Source: Candidatus Gottesmanbacteria bacterium RIFCSPHIGHO2_02_FULL_39_11 (GTDB lineage Bacteria; Patescibacteriota; Microgenomatia; 2-02-FULL-39-11). From it: 56,573 nt of DNA. The position numbers were made by a program, and so were the translations under genes. The notes under the pieces are model-generated. The model was not told where the DNA came from, did not search any database, and saw only the letters and a program-made list of their open reading frames with translations. This document shows, piece by piece, positions 16,895 to 26,951 of the stretch. The stretch spans positions 1-56,573 of the forward strand of contig MFJL01000022.1 in assembly GCA_001779195.1 (NCBI GenBank), read 5' to 3'. Positions within the stretch are counted from its first letter, which is position 1. Each line of letters opens with the position of its first letter.

Positions 16895-17433
16895 CAGGAG
16901 TTACTTACAACCAGCATATGCCGGGATTGCCAGCGTTTTACCAGCTTAAAATGTTTTTTCCGGGATCCGAAGCAATACCGTTTTAAATCATATCCCAGCC
17001 AGCGCCTGAGAAAATCATTCCAGTCGTAAGATTTGCGTGTCCCCGAGACACTATCCAGAAGCTGAATTCGATTACGTTTAGCATCAAAAGTGCGAACTAC
17101 CGCCCAGTGTCCGGACTCAGGATTAGGTTCGCCGCTCTCATCCAGATCATATAAATAACTTACGAGAATTACACAGGGATAACTCATCTTATTTAGGAAA
17201 CGCTTGATATGGCTTAGAGTTGATTTTTTAAAGGACAGAACTTCCAAATGCAATTTTTCGATGGCGCGGATCATATGGTTCGTAGAGGTTCCATTTGAAT
17301 TGGTTTGGCAGAGGGAAATAAGCTGCGTTAAGGGTTTATCCTGTCCTAAAATTCGTAATGCAATTTTCAAAGAAACGGGGCCGCATGTCCGATTATTTGG
17401 CTGTTTAATAGGAGACACGCTCAATCTGGTCAT
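16891..17433 (-). CDS. Papain-like cysteine peptidase domain protein (peptidase C39-like)
   Basis: Candidate Cys/His dyad NRTCGPVSLKIALRIL ... SGHWAVV. No transporter domain is fused. Converges on the recombinase gene with a 4-nt overlap. Confidence 0.4.
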   Translation of the reverse strand: MTRLSVSPIKQPNNRTCGPVSLKIALRILGQDKPLTQLISLCQTNSNGTSTNHMIRAIEKLHLEVLSFKKSTLSHIKRFLNKMSYPCVILVSYLYDLDESGEPNPESGHWAVVRTFDAKRNRIQLLDSVSGTRKSYDWNDFLRRWLGYDLKRYCFGSRKKHFKLVKRWQSRHMLVVSNSC

Positions 17434-17477
17434 AGGACTGACATTATAATCCCAGAGGTTTACAGGTGGCAAGGGGG

Positions 17478-18356
17478 TTATTTTACCGTCTCAACAACGT
17501 TTTTGAGTAGACAAGCCACATTCACCGGTCCCACCCCTCCCGGGACTGGAGTGTAATAAGCTACACGGTCTTTAATTTCCCCGATGGTATAGTCAGGAGA
17601 AAACGTTAAGGAGGCTGGTGGGGTTTCTTCAGGATGCATTCCAACTCCTATCAAAACGGTTTTTTTTGAAACCATATCATGTCGCACAATATTTTCCTTC
17701 CCTACACAACTTATGATAATATCTGATGTTAAACACAACTTTTTAATATTTTCTGTTTTAGAATGAGCAATTATCGGATTAATCCCCATAGCAGTTAACA
17801 TTTTGGCAATCGGAATTCCCCCCGTCTCTCCCCTACCGATGATTAAAACTTTTTTTTGAGAGAGCCAATTATGAAAGAATTGTTCTTCGTTCTTCGTTTG
17901 TCGTTTTTCGATAGACGAATCACGAATAACGGGATTACGATTTTCTTGGTTGTAAACCCATTTTAAAATCTCCAAAATAGCCTCAGAGATGGGGGGCATA
18001 AACTTAGACTGAGGGTGAAACCCGTCCACGTCTTTTTCCGGCTTAACCAGAAGATCCAGTTCTTCTTTTCTTATAGGTAAGGGAACCGGACGTTGGATAA
18101 TAATTCCGTGGACTGTCTTGTCTTCGTTAAGTGACTTAAGTAACCTAAGTAACTTCTCTAAGGAAGATAGATGAAAAACAGTTACCTTGATTCCAATTTC
18201 TTCTCCCACTTTTTTCTTCCGGCTTATGTATTTTAGAGAGGAAGGGTCGTTTCCGACAATAACAACAGCAAGATGAGGAGGAATTGGTAAAGCGGAAACT
18301 TTTTTCTTTAACTTTTCTTTAATGGAGTTTGCAATTGTATTTCCGGGAATTACCAT
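17478..18356 (-). CDS. folD: Bifunctional methylene-THF dehydrogenase/cyclohydrolase FolD, with an extra internal segment
   Basis: Motifs PHLAVVIVGNDPSS, HGIIIQRPVPLP, DVDGFHP and YTPVPGGVGPVNVACLL. It has 33 aa between the ...EILKWV helix and the KKVLIIGRG nucleotide-binding loop, where the E. coli enzyme as I recall it has about 5. Confidence 0.85.
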   Translation of the reverse strand: MVIPGNTIANSIKEKLKKKVSALPIPPHLAVVIVGNDPSSLKYISRKKKVGEEIGIKVTVFHLSSLEKLLRLLKSLNEDKTVHGIIIQRPVPLPIRKEELDLLVKPEKDVDGFHPQSKFMPPISEAILEILKWVYNQENRNPVIRDSSIEKRQTKNEEQFFHNWLSQKKVLIIGRGETGGIPIAKMLTAMGINPIIAHSKTENIKKLCLTSDIIISCVGKENIVRHDMVSKKTVLIGVGMHPEETPPASLTFSPDYTIGEIKDRVAYYTPVPGGVGPVNVACLLKNVVETVK

Positions 18357-18359
18357 ATC

Positions 18360-20831
18360 TCATCCAATGCAGGTTGCTGCTGCAATTTTATCTGACTTAT
18401 CCATTCTCATAAGAATAACGCCGGATGTTGCCCGGGATAATCGGGGCAAACGGGCAAGAGGAAGTTTTACTACCTGACCTTTTTCAGATGTTAAAACTAA
18501 ATTCTGAGACTCAGGAGAAATTGCCTGTGCGGCGACTACTTTTCCTGTTTTGTCCGTTACCTGCGCCACTTTTACTCCCTGACCGCCCCGATGCTGTTTG
18601 GGAAATCCGGAAAAAGGAGTTTTTTTGCCGATTCCCCTTTCCATGACGGTTAAAAAGTCCAGTTTTGCAATGTCTGCGTTTATAATTTCCATCGCAACCA
18701 CAAAGTCATTCTCATCCATTAAAATTCCCCGCACTCCCATGGTGTCCCGGCCTGTCGAGCGGACTTCAGACTCTGCAAATTTAATCGATTTTCCTTCATA
18801 AGTAACCAGAAGCATCTCATCTTCTCCGCTTGAAAGTTTTGCCCAGGTAAGCTGATCCCCGGCATCAAGCTTTATCGCAACCAGTCCGCTTCGTCTTATG
18901 TTTTCAAATTCCTTCAGTTTTGTTTTTTTAATGGTTCCCTTTTTGGTGGCCATGGCTATATAGCTGTATTTTTTGCTTTCCTCTCCTTTAAGAGCATAGG
19001 TAAGGACGCTCGTTACAACTTCTGTTGAGTCAATATTAATAAGATTTACAATTGCTTGTCCCTTGCTTACCCGGCTTCCTTCAGGAATGTCCCAGACCCT
19101 AAGCTGGTACACTTTTCCTTTATTTGTAAAGAAAAGAATATTGTCATGAGTGTTTGCGGATATAAAATGCTCTATGGAATCTTCTTCCTTAGTGGTCATT
19201 CCGATAACCCCTTTACCACCTCTTTCCTGTGTTTTAAACGTAGCAATATTCATCCTTTTTACATATCCTGATTTTGTCAGAGTTATTACAGTAGGCTCGT
19301 TGGCTATAAGCTGCTCATCGGAGAATTCTCCGACTTTGGACTTGTAAACTTTAGTACGGCGCAGGTCTCCGTATTTTTCTTTAAGCTTTACAAGCTCTTC
19401 TTTGACTACTTTTAAAATTTTCTCAGGATGGGCAAGCAGATCAGTCAGGTATTGAATCGTTTCCCGAATCATAGAAAGCTCATCTTCAATTTTCTGCCGT
19501 TCAAGTGCTGCCAATCTCTTTAACTGCATGTCCAAAATTGCCTGGGACTGAAGGTCTGAGAGTTTAAACTTTTTTATAAGCTGAGCTTTTGCATCTTCTA
19601 CATCCGTTGCATTTCTTATAGTCCGTATAACTTCATCGATATGATCAACCGCAATTTTAAGTCCTTCTAAAATATGTTCACGTGCCCGGGCTTCTTTCAG
19701 TTCAAATTCACTTCTTTTTTTGATTACTAGATGCCGGTGTTTTACATACTCTTCGAGGATTTGCTTTAAAGTCAAAGTCTGAGGAGTTCCATCAACTAAA
19801 GCAACCATATTTACCGGAAAGGAGGTTTGGAGAGATGTATGCTTATACAGATTATTTAAAACTTTTTTGGGGACTGCATCGCGTTTTAATTCTACATATA
19901 CCCGGATGCCGTGCCGGTCTGACTCATCCCGAAGGTCTGAAATGCCCTCAAGCCTTTTATCTTTGACAAGCTGTGCGATATGAGCAATCATTAAAGCCTT
20001 GTTGACCTGATAGGGAAGCTCCGTAATAATAATTGCCGATTTACCGTTTCCTACTTCTTCAATTTCTGCTTTTCCCCGCATGATTATTTTCCCCCGCCCG
20101 GTCGCATACGCATTTTTAATTTCTGCGATATCATAAATTGCGCCGGCTGTCGGAAAATCAGGACCTTGAATAAATTCCATCAGTTCCTCAAGCGTGCCTG
20201 AAAATTCCATACGATTTTCACTTGTGAATTTGCTTTTTCCAATCATATAACCGACGGCATCGATAACCTCAGAAAGATTATGAGGAGGAATTTTGGTAGC
20301 CATACCAACCGCGATACCGTCAGACCCCATCAGAAGTAGATTTGGGAGTTTAGCAGCCAGAAAGACGGGTTCCTTGAGAGTATCGTCAAAATTTGAAAGC
20401 CAGGGAACGGTTTCTTTTTCCAAATCAGTCAGCATTTCCTCAGCAATTTTAGCGAGTTTTACCTCCGTGTACCGCATGGCAGCCGGAGGATCCCCGTCAA
20501 TGGAGCCGAAATTCCCCTGTCCGTGAATAAGAGGGTACCGCATCGAAAATTCCTGAGCGAGTCTGACAAGCGCGTCATATACCGGCATGTCTCCATGGGG
20601 GTGATATTTTCCGAGTACTTCTCCGACAACTTTTGCCGATTTAGTGTGTTTGCCCGAGTAGTGGAGACCGAGCTGATACATGGCGTATAGAATGCGCCGG
20701 TGAACGGGCTTTAGACCGTCTCTGACATCCGGGAGAGCACGGGAAACGATAACGCTCATCGCGTAGTCAAGATAACTCCTTTTCATTTCATCAACGATTT
20801 CGATCCGTTCTAGTTTTCCGATATCTGACAT
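18360..20831 (-). CDS. gyrA: DNA gyrase subunit A
   Basis: Motifs [24 protein letters not shown] and the active-site Tyr in AAMRYTE, with C-terminal beta-pinwheel repeats. Confidence 0.95.
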   Translation of the reverse strand: MSDIGKLERIEIVDEMKRSYLDYAMSVIVSRALPDVRDGLKPVHRRILYAMYQLGLHYSGKHTKSAKVVGEVLGKYHPHGDMPVYDALVRLAQEFSMRYPLIHGQGNFGSIDGDPPAAMRYTEVKLAKIAEEMLTDLEKETVPWLSNFDDTLKEPVFLAAKLPNLLLMGSDGIAVGMATKIPPHNLSEVIDAVGYMIGKSKFTSENRMEFSGTLEELMEFIQGPDFPTAGAIYDIAEIKNAYATGRGKIIMRGKAEIEEVGNGKSAIIITELPYQVNKALMIAHIAQLVKDKRLEGISDLRDESDRHGIRVYVELKRDAVPKKVLNNLYKHTSLQTSFPVNMVALVDGTPQTLTLKQILEEYVKHRHLVIKKRSEFELKEARAREHILEGLKIAVDHIDEVIRTIRNATDVEDAKAQLIKKFKLSDLQSQAILDMQLKRLAALERQKIEDELSMIRETIQYLTDLLAHPEKILKVVKEELVKLKEKYGDLRRTKVYKSKVGEFSDEQLIANEPTVITLTKSGYVKRMNIATFKTQERGGKGVIGMTTKEEDSIEHFISANTHDNILFFTNKGKVYQLRVWDIPEGSRVSKGQAIVNLINIDSTEVVTSVLTYALKGEESKKYSYIAMATKKGTIKKTKLKEFENIRRSGLVAIKLDAGDQLTWAKLSSGEDEMLLVTYEGKSIKFAESEVRSTGRDTMGVRGILMDENDFVVAMEIINADIAKLDFLTVMERGIGKKTPFSGFPKQHRGGQGVKVAQVTDKTGKVVAAQAISPESQNLVLTSEKGQVVKLPLARLPRLSRATSGVILMRMDKSDKIAAATCIG

Positions 20832-20837
20832 AGTTAA

Positions 20838-20874
20838 GTTAGGTGACCTAAGTTACTTAGGTTACTTAGGTGAC
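20838..20874. repeat. Short tandem/palindromic repeat (gttacttag x2, ttaggtgacctaa) between hppA and gyrA
   Basis: 20851-20874 agttacttaggttacttaggtgac matches the reverse complement of 18131-18154, inside folD, at 22 of 24 positions. Confidence 0.8.
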
Positions 20875-20885
20875 TTATGTTTGTT

Positions 20886-22916
20886 TTATCTTAAAAATCC
20901 TGCCAAAAGAAGAGCCACGATGTTGGCTACTTTAATCATGGGATTGATGGCTGGTCCTGCCGTATCTTTGTAAGGATCCCCGACCGTGTCTCCGGTAACG
21001 GCAGCCTGGTGGGCAAAGGATCCCTTTCCACCGAAGTGTCCGCCTTCAATATATTTCTTGGCATTATCCCATGCGGCTCCTCCTGTAGTCATCGAAATTC
21101 CGACAAAAAGCCCGGTGACGATAATTCCAACCAGAAATCCTCCCAAAGCAGAAGGTCCCAACAAGAATCCGACAAGTATAGGAGTTGCAATGGGTAAAAT
21201 TGCAGGAACAATCATCTCATGTAGAGCCGCTTTTGTTACTATGTCTACGCAGCGCCGATAATCCGGCTTCTCTTTTCCGCTCATAATTCCTTTTATTTCC
21301 TTAAATTGGCGTCTGACCTCAACGACAACTGCATTGGCAGCTTTTCCTACGGCCTCCATCGCAAAAGATGCAAATAGATACGGAAGTGCGGCCCCAATTA
21401 AAAGTCCGACCAATGTATACGGATCTGAAAGGGAAAATGTAAGTTTCTGAGCCTGTAAAGACAGGGAATTTTCAAGCTCTTTTGTATAGCTGGCAAAAAG
21501 CACCAAAGCGGCAAGTCCCGCTGATGCAATGGCGTATGCTTTTGTTACTGCTTTTGTCGTGTTACCTACAGCGTCGAGGGCATCCGTCACATTTCGCACT
21601 GACTCGGGAAGATTGCTCATTTCAGCAATTCCTCCCGCGTTATCGGTAATGGGCCCAAATGCATCGATTGCGACCACGATTCCGCACAGTGAAAGCATGG
21701 CCATGACTGCAATTGCCACTCCGTACAATCCGGCCAATTGGAAGCTTAGGAGTGTAGCTGCTGATATTACCAAAATGGGCGCAAGCGTTGATTTCATGGA
21801 AACGGCCAGTCCCGCAATCACATTCGTCCCGTGTCCCGTATTACTGGCGTTGGCAATATGCTGAACGGACGAATAATTTTTTGACGTATAATATTCTGTT
21901 ATAACAACCATAATGATGGTTACCGCAATTCCTATTAAACTCGCCAGATATAGATTAAAAGTTGAATACAGCCCGTTTTGTTCCATGACTGAAGAAGTCA
22001 GAAAATAGAATACGATGCACGATAATAGGGCGCTTGCGATTAGCCCTCTATATAATGCCGGCATAATTTTCTTATCTTTTCCGAGACGCACGAAGAATGT
22101 TCCTGCAATGGAGGTGACAATTGCACTTGCGCCAACTAGTAATGGAAAAACCAGAGCATTGGAAAAATTGGGAAGAGTCAGTTGTCCCAAGAGCATAACG
22201 GCAACGGCAGTGACGACGTATGTTTCAAAAAGATCGGCGGCCATTCCCGCATCATCCCCTACGTTATCTCCTACTAAATCCGCGATAACTCCGGGATTTC
22301 TGGGATCATCTTCCGGTATGCCTTTTTCAATTTTCCCGACCATATCGGTTCCTACATCCGCGCCTTTGGTGTAAATCCCTCCTCCTAAGCGGGCAAAAAC
22401 AGAGATAAGGGATCCTCCAAATCCTAGGGCAATAAGAGGTTTAAGATCAAGGGGTGTACCTCCTGAAAGGGATTCTACATACCAAAACACTCCCACAACA
22501 GACAAAAGGGCAAGGCCTGCAACCATCATTCCGGTCACCGATCCTCCGGAAAAAGCAACCGAGAGAGCTGGAGCAAGTCCTTTTGTAGCAGCTTGAGCGG
22601 TTCTTACATTTGCCCGTACCGAAATATTCATTCCTACAAATCCGGCAACTGCCGAGAAAAAGGCACCTACCACAAATCCGATTGCCGAAGGAATTCCCAT
22701 GGCAAAGGCCAAAATAACAGCAATAGCAATTGCGATTGCGGCAACGGTTTTATATTGCCGGGTCATAAATGCTTCTGCCCCCTCTTTGATGGCATCAGAA
22801 ATCTGATTCATGGTTTCATTTCCCTTGGGGAGTTTAAGAATTTTTGCACTTTGTAAAATTCCATAGGCAACTCCCAGAAGTGCTGCGATAGCGGAAATAA
22901 AAATAAAATTTGTCAT
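20886..22916 (-). CDS. hppA: Membrane-bound ion-translocating pyrophosphatase
   Basis: Motifs [33 protein letters not shown] and [17 protein letters not shown]. The start was set at the ATG preceded by AGGAG (gtgaaaggagaatttATG). Confidence 0.9.
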   Translation of the reverse strand: MTNFIFISAIAALLGVAYGILQSAKILKLPKGNETMNQISDAIKEGAEAFMTRQYKTVAAIAIAIAVILAFAMGIPSAIGFVVGAFFSAVAGFVGMNISVRANVRTAQAATKGLAPALSVAFSGGSVTGMMVAGLALLSVVGVFWYVESLSGGTPLDLKPLIALGFGGSLISVFARLGGGIYTKGADVGTDMVGKIEKGIPEDDPRNPGVIADLVGDNVGDDAGMAADLFETYVVTAVAVMLLGQLTLPNFSNALVFPLLVGASAIVTSIAGTFFVRLGKDKKIMPALYRGLIASALLSCIVFYFLTSSVMEQNGLYSTFNLYLASLIGIAVTIIMVVITEYYTSKNYSSVQHIANASNTGHGTNVIAGLAVSMKSTLAPILVISAATLLSFQLAGLYGVAIAVMAMLSLCGIVVAIDAFGPITDNAGGIAEMSNLPESVRNVTDALDAVGNTTKAVTKAYAIASAGLAALVLFASYTKELENSLSLQAQKLTFSLSDPYTLVGLLIGAALPYLFASFAMEAVGKAANAVVVEVRRQFKEIKGIMSGKEKPDYRRCVDIVTKAALHEMIVPAILPIATPILVGFLLGPSALGGFLVGIIVTGLFVGISMTTGGAAWDNAKKYIEGGHFGGKGSFAHQAAVTGDTVGDPYKDTAGPAINPMIKVANIVALLLAGFLR

Positions 22917-22940
22917 AAATTCTCCTTTCACGTAATAATA

Positions 22941-25900
22941 CTATACATCCAGATTTGCTGATTTTGCGTGCGTCTGGATAAATCGTTTTCTCGGCAGAAC
23001 TTCATCTCCCATAAGCATGGAAAAAACTTCATCCGCCTCGACGGCTTCGGCAACATTAATCTGCTTAAGGATTCTATTTGCAGGATTCATTGTAGTGTCC
23101 CAAAGCTGTTCCGGATTCATCTCTCCTAAACCTTTGTATCTTTGAAGACCCGGAATAAATTTTCCACCTTTCGCCTTTGCAAGAAGCGCATCCTTTTCTT
23201 CTTCTGAATATACATAATGAGACTCTTTTCCGATTTGAATTTTGTAAAGAGGGGGCTGAGCAACATACAAGTGGGAGTTTTGGACAACATACGGAAGATG
23301 CCTGAAGAAAAATGTTAAAAGTAAAGTTCTTATATGCTCTCCGTCGACATCCGCATCCGTCATGATAATGATTCGGTGATACCGGAGTTTTTCTGGGTTA
23401 AGGCTTTCCGCAATTCCCATACCAAGAGCTATAACTAAATCTTTAATTTCCGCAAATTCCAGAACTCGGTCCAGCCGGGCACGTTCTGTATTGAGAATTT
23501 TTCCCCGAAGAGGCAAGATAGCCTGGAACTTGCGGTCTCTCCCCTGCTTTGCGCTATTATGGACGAATATTCCTGAGGATAAAGCAAAATTATGTGTTTC
23601 GGGCACTTCAATATCATAAACATCGATCTTTTGCTGTAGAAGAATAACAGCTTTAACCCTATGATTGTAATAGGTTATTGCCGTGTGAAAATTTTGTTCG
23701 CTGTCATTAAAAAATCGGTGACAAATAGTATCATATTTAAGTAAGTTTTTGTCATTTGTTGTTTTTCGGATAAGGTTATATTGATCTTTGTTTATTTTAT
23801 GGGAGTTTATATAAATCTGGTGTAAGGTATTTAAGGCCTTATTAAGATAGGTTTTATTATAAGTAGCGTACCGTTTAGATCGGAATTCGGGGGTCCACTG
23901 CTCTTTTGTTTTTTGTTGGCGCCATTTACGTAATTCATAATTTTCCCATAATTGATTAGCCTGATTGCGAAGCGAAATCTTGATTTCCGGGTGATCATGA
24001 AAAAACTGACTAACGCGTTTTGACTGAGCAAGTCTGTTATGTTGACTACTCCAGTATCGCTTTTGATTGTAGTTTAAAAGTTGATTATTTTTTTTGCGAT
24101 ATTCTGAATTGGTATTATAGAATTCCAAAAATTTTTGCAGCATATATTTTTTATATTCCTGGTTTTGCCATTGTTTTCTGGCATTTTGGCGCAACTGTTG
24201 CCGTATTATTGGAGAAGACATAATCAATTTAATCTTTTCTTTATAGCGATCTGTTTGGTGAGCTTGTGCTGCTTTGATTTTACTATCTGGCCGATGAAGA
24301 GTTTTTTCGATGTGACTTTTGTGAAGATTGAGATGTTCTTCTTTGGTCAACCTGGTTAAATTATCCGGGTTATTATTATGCTTATTAAAATCGATGTGAT
24401 GGCGATACGCTCCCTTATTCAGAGTATAGTTACCTGAATCTAAATTATATTTATCCGCAATCATATGGGTAAATATCCAACGATGCTGGCCAGGATCAAA
24501 CACCATCTCATAGTCTTTGATCGTAATACGTCTACCTATTCTTGATAACTGTTTTCTTAGAGGCATTAAAGAGTCATCAGGAGTTAAGTTACTGGCCTGT
24601 TTATAGCTACCGTCGCGGAGCATGAATAGATGATCGGGTGTACAAATAATTTCTTCATCATTATCAAGTATGACTTTAATAATTTGAGTATTTTTTTTGG
24701 TAATACGAGGATTCTTAATCAGTGCAATACTAATTAGCCCACATGAATTAATTGAATAGCAATAGTTTCGTTTGCCGGCTTTATCCTCTGCGATTAATTC
24801 TTTAAAGCTTAGGTTTCTACCATCGGTTAAAGCTACTTTTGTATCACCGGAAAAGCAACCGCCTGCACTGTCGCCTTCTACTATATACAATTCTGATTGT
24901 TTTGGATCCCGGCTTTGACAGTCCGCGAGTTTTCCGGGAAGAGATGAGCCTTCAAGCGCTCCTTTTCTGATAATGGCATCTTTAGCAGCTTTGGCAGCAA
25001 GACGTGCTTTGGCGGCTAGGAATACTTTTTCCAGGATACGCCGGGCATCTGACGGGTGCTCTTCAAAAAACACATCCAGTGCTTCGTTGACGGTGGTTTG
25101 CACAAACGGTTGGATTTCGGCGTTTCCCAGTTTTGTTTTTGTCTGTCCTTCAAACTGAAGATTGGTGGCGGGCATTTTTATAAATACTACCGCGGTAAGC
25201 CCCTCCCGGGTATCTTCTCCGATGATTGCGTCATCTCCCTCTTTAATAGCGCCGATTTTTTTACCGTAGTCATTAATTGCGCGGGTAAGGGCCATTCTAA
25301 ATCCCGTCAGATGACTTCCTCCCTCTATGGTGTTGATGACGTTTACAAAACTTTCCACACTTTCTGAAAATCCGTCGTTGTATTGAAGTGCCGCCTGAAG
25401 CTGTACATCCCCTTCCTGTTTTTGGATAAATATGGGCGGATGCAACGGACTGCGGGTGCGGTTAACCGAAGCAACCAAAGATGTGATTCCCCCCTCAAAA
25501 TAATAGTGGTCTTCCTCATTTGACCTCTCGTCAAACAGATGGAAAAAAAGTTTGGACACCAAATACGCTCTTTCTTTTATCTGCCTCTTTATCGTGTCAT
25601 AGGTTGCCGCGATCCCCTCTTTAAATATTTCCTCGTCAAGTAGAAAGTTTGAGATCGTTCCGTTTTTTGACGTGTATTTAAAATGAGACGGAAGATTTTT
25701 TGTCAGATCCAGAAGGTTTTTTTTATACGGGGCAACTGGGGACATGACTGCCCCCCTTTCATATTTTTGGGAGAAACTTTTCCCGTCCCGGGTTACAATT
25801 ACTTCCATCCACTTAGAAAGTGCGTTTACAACCGACGCTCCGACTCCATGAAGACCTCCGGAGACTTTATACGCATCTCCTGAAAATTTTCCTCCCGCAT

Positions 25901-26195
25901 GAAGTTTGGTCATGACAATCTCAAGAGCTGATGTTTTATATTTAGGAACTATGTCAACCGGAATTCCTCTTCCGTCATCTGCAACAGTTACCGAGTTATC
26001 TTTATGGAGTATTATCCAGATATTTTGGGAAAATCCGGCAAGCGCCTCATCAACTGAATTATCGATTATCTCGGTAACGCAGTGGTGAACTCCGGTAAGA
26101 GAGGTTGATCCGATATACATTGCAGGGCGTTTTCGAACCGGCTCCAGCCCCTCAAGTACTACAATTTGTTCTCCTGAATACGTTTGCTTTGTCAT
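22941..26195 (-). CDS. gyrB: DNA gyrase subunit B, interrupted by an intein
   Basis: Extein motifs LEGLEPVRKRPAMYIG, DNSVDEA, DDGRGIPV, GGLHGVGASVVNA, EGDSAGG // SAKQGRDR, PLRGKILN and IMTDADVDGEHI. The exteins sum to about 650 aa. Confidence 0.95.
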   Translation of the reverse strand: MTKQTYSGEQIVVLEGLEPVRKRPAMYIGSTSLTGVHHCVTEIIDNSVDEALAGFSQNIWIILHKDNSVTVADDGRGIPVDIVPKYKTSALEIVMTKLHAGGKFSGDAYKVSGGLHGVGASVVNALSKWMEVIVTRDGKSFSQKYERGAVMSPVAPYKKNLLDLTKNLPSHFKYTSKNGTISNFLLDEEIFKEGIAATYDTIKRQIKERAYLVSKLFFHLFDERSNEEDHYYFEGGITSLVASVNRTRSPLHPPIFIQKQEGDVQLQAALQYNDGFSESVESFVNVINTIEGGSHLTGFRMALTRAINDYGKKIGAIKEGDDAIIGEDTREGLTAVVFIKMPATNLQFEGQTKTKLGNAEIQPFVQTTVNEALDVFFEEHPSDARRILEKVFLAAKARLAAKAAKDAIIRKGALEGSSLPGKLADCQSRDPKQSELYIVEGDSAGGCFSGDTKVALTDGRNLSFKELIAEDKAGKRNYCYSINSCGLISIALIKNPRITKKNTQIIKVILDNDEEIICTPDHLFMLRDGSYKQASNLTPDDSLMPLRKQLSRIGRRITIKDYEMVFDPGQHRWIFTHMIADKYNLDSGNYTLNKGAYRHHIDFNKHNNNPDNLTRLTKEEHLNLHKSHIEKTLHRPDSKIKAAQAHQTDRYKEKIKLIMSSPIIRQQLRQNARKQWQNQEYKKYMLQKFLEFYNTNSEYRKKNNQLLNYNQKRYWSSQHNRLAQSKRVSQFFHDHPEIKISLRNQANQLWENYELRKWRQQKTKEQWTPEFRSKRYATYNKTYLNKALNTLHQIYINSHKINKDQYNLIRKTTNDKNLLKYDTICHRFFNDSEQNFHTAITYYNHRVKAVILLQQKIDVYDIEVPETHNFALSSGIFVHNSAKQGRDRKFQAILPLRGKILNTERARLDRVLEFAEIKDLVIALGMGIAESLNPEKLRYHRIIIMTDADVDGEHIRTLLLTFFFRHLPYVVQNSHLYVAQPPLYKIQIGKESHYVYSEEEKDALLAKAKGGKFIPGLQRYKGLGEMNPEQLWDTTMNPANRILKQINVAEAVEADEVFSMLMGDEVLPRKRFIQTHAKSANLDV
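23556..24857 (-). mobile_element. Intein (434 aa) in GyrB at the DSAGG/SAKQGRD junction, with an HNH-type motif
   Basis: It starts CFSGDTKVALTDG (block A) and contains CTPDHLF (block B). It ends VYDIEVPETHNFALSSGIFVHN, followed by Ser as the first C-extein residue. The central part has YRHHIDFNKHNNNPDNLTRLTKEEHLNLH (HNH-like) and a long K/Q/N/W-rich repetitive stretch. Confidence 0.85.
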
Positions 26196-26230
26196 AGAAT
26201 TGTTACAGAATACCAGATATTGGGTAAAAA

Positions 26231-26908
26231 TCAAAGCCTCAGCAGTCCCAAAAAGAGAATATCCAAAACTCCTTTTGAAGAAACGTTGGCATCCAGATAA
26301 CTGCGCGCTGACTCAATTTTTGAAATTATTTCGCAAACCTGGCCGGATGTAAGAGTAGAGGGCGGTTGGAGGACAGATTGTTTAAGCAGCAAAATCTGAC
26401 GGTTTAAAAAATGGATTGCATCATTTTTATTTTTATTAAATTGCCCGGCAATTTGAAGACGTTTTCCTGGAGATGACTTTAAAATGGTGAGAAGGAGATC
26501 AAGACTCTCCTTACTTTCCAATTCATTTATCGGAACAAACTCTGTTTTAATAAGCTCGCATCGGGAATAAACGGTAGACAGAATTTTTTTACCGTTTTGG
26601 GCAACCAGGAGGATAAGGGTGTCCTGTGGAGGTTCTTCCAGAAGTTTTAAAAAAGCATTTTGAGCTTCATCTGTTGCGGTTTCGAATTTATGGACAATTA
26701 CCAGTCGGTATCCGGCTGCATTCATGTTAATAAGCTGTGATCTTATTTTTCTTACCAAATCAATCCCTACAGACGTTTCCGGTAAAAACTCAAACCGATT
26801 AAACGGCGTAATTGTGTATTTAGATTGAATACTATCTATTTCTTTTGTTATCTGTTTGCTGTTATCTGATATTAGTAAGTAGGAGCTGATCATAGTCTTC
26901 GTTGACAA
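26231..26908 (-). CDS. holB: DNA polymerase III delta-prime (HolB)-like clamp-loader subunit
   Basis: AQNAFLKLLEEPP motif followed by ...SRC. No clear P-loop, as is common for delta-prime. Confidence 0.7.
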   Translation of the reverse strand: MSTKTMISSYLLISDNSKQITKEIDSIQSKYTITPFNRFEFLPETSVGIDLVRKIRSQLINMNAAGYRLVIVHKFETATDEAQNAFLKLLEEPPQDTLILLVAQNGKKILSTVYSRCELIKTEFVPINELESKESLDLLLTILKSSPGKRLQIAGQFNKNKNDAIHFLNRQILLLKQSVLQPPSTLTSGQVCEIISKIESARSYLDANVSSKGVLDILFLGLLRL

Positions 26909-26951
26909 TTATAGCCAAGAATAGTGATAATGACTATAGGAAACACTGCCC

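Noticed and set aside
24020-24359. Plus-strand ORFs of 67 and 74 aa inside the gyrB intein region
   Set aside because: They are antisense to the continuous gyrB-intein reading frame and arise from AT-rich, low-complexity sequence.
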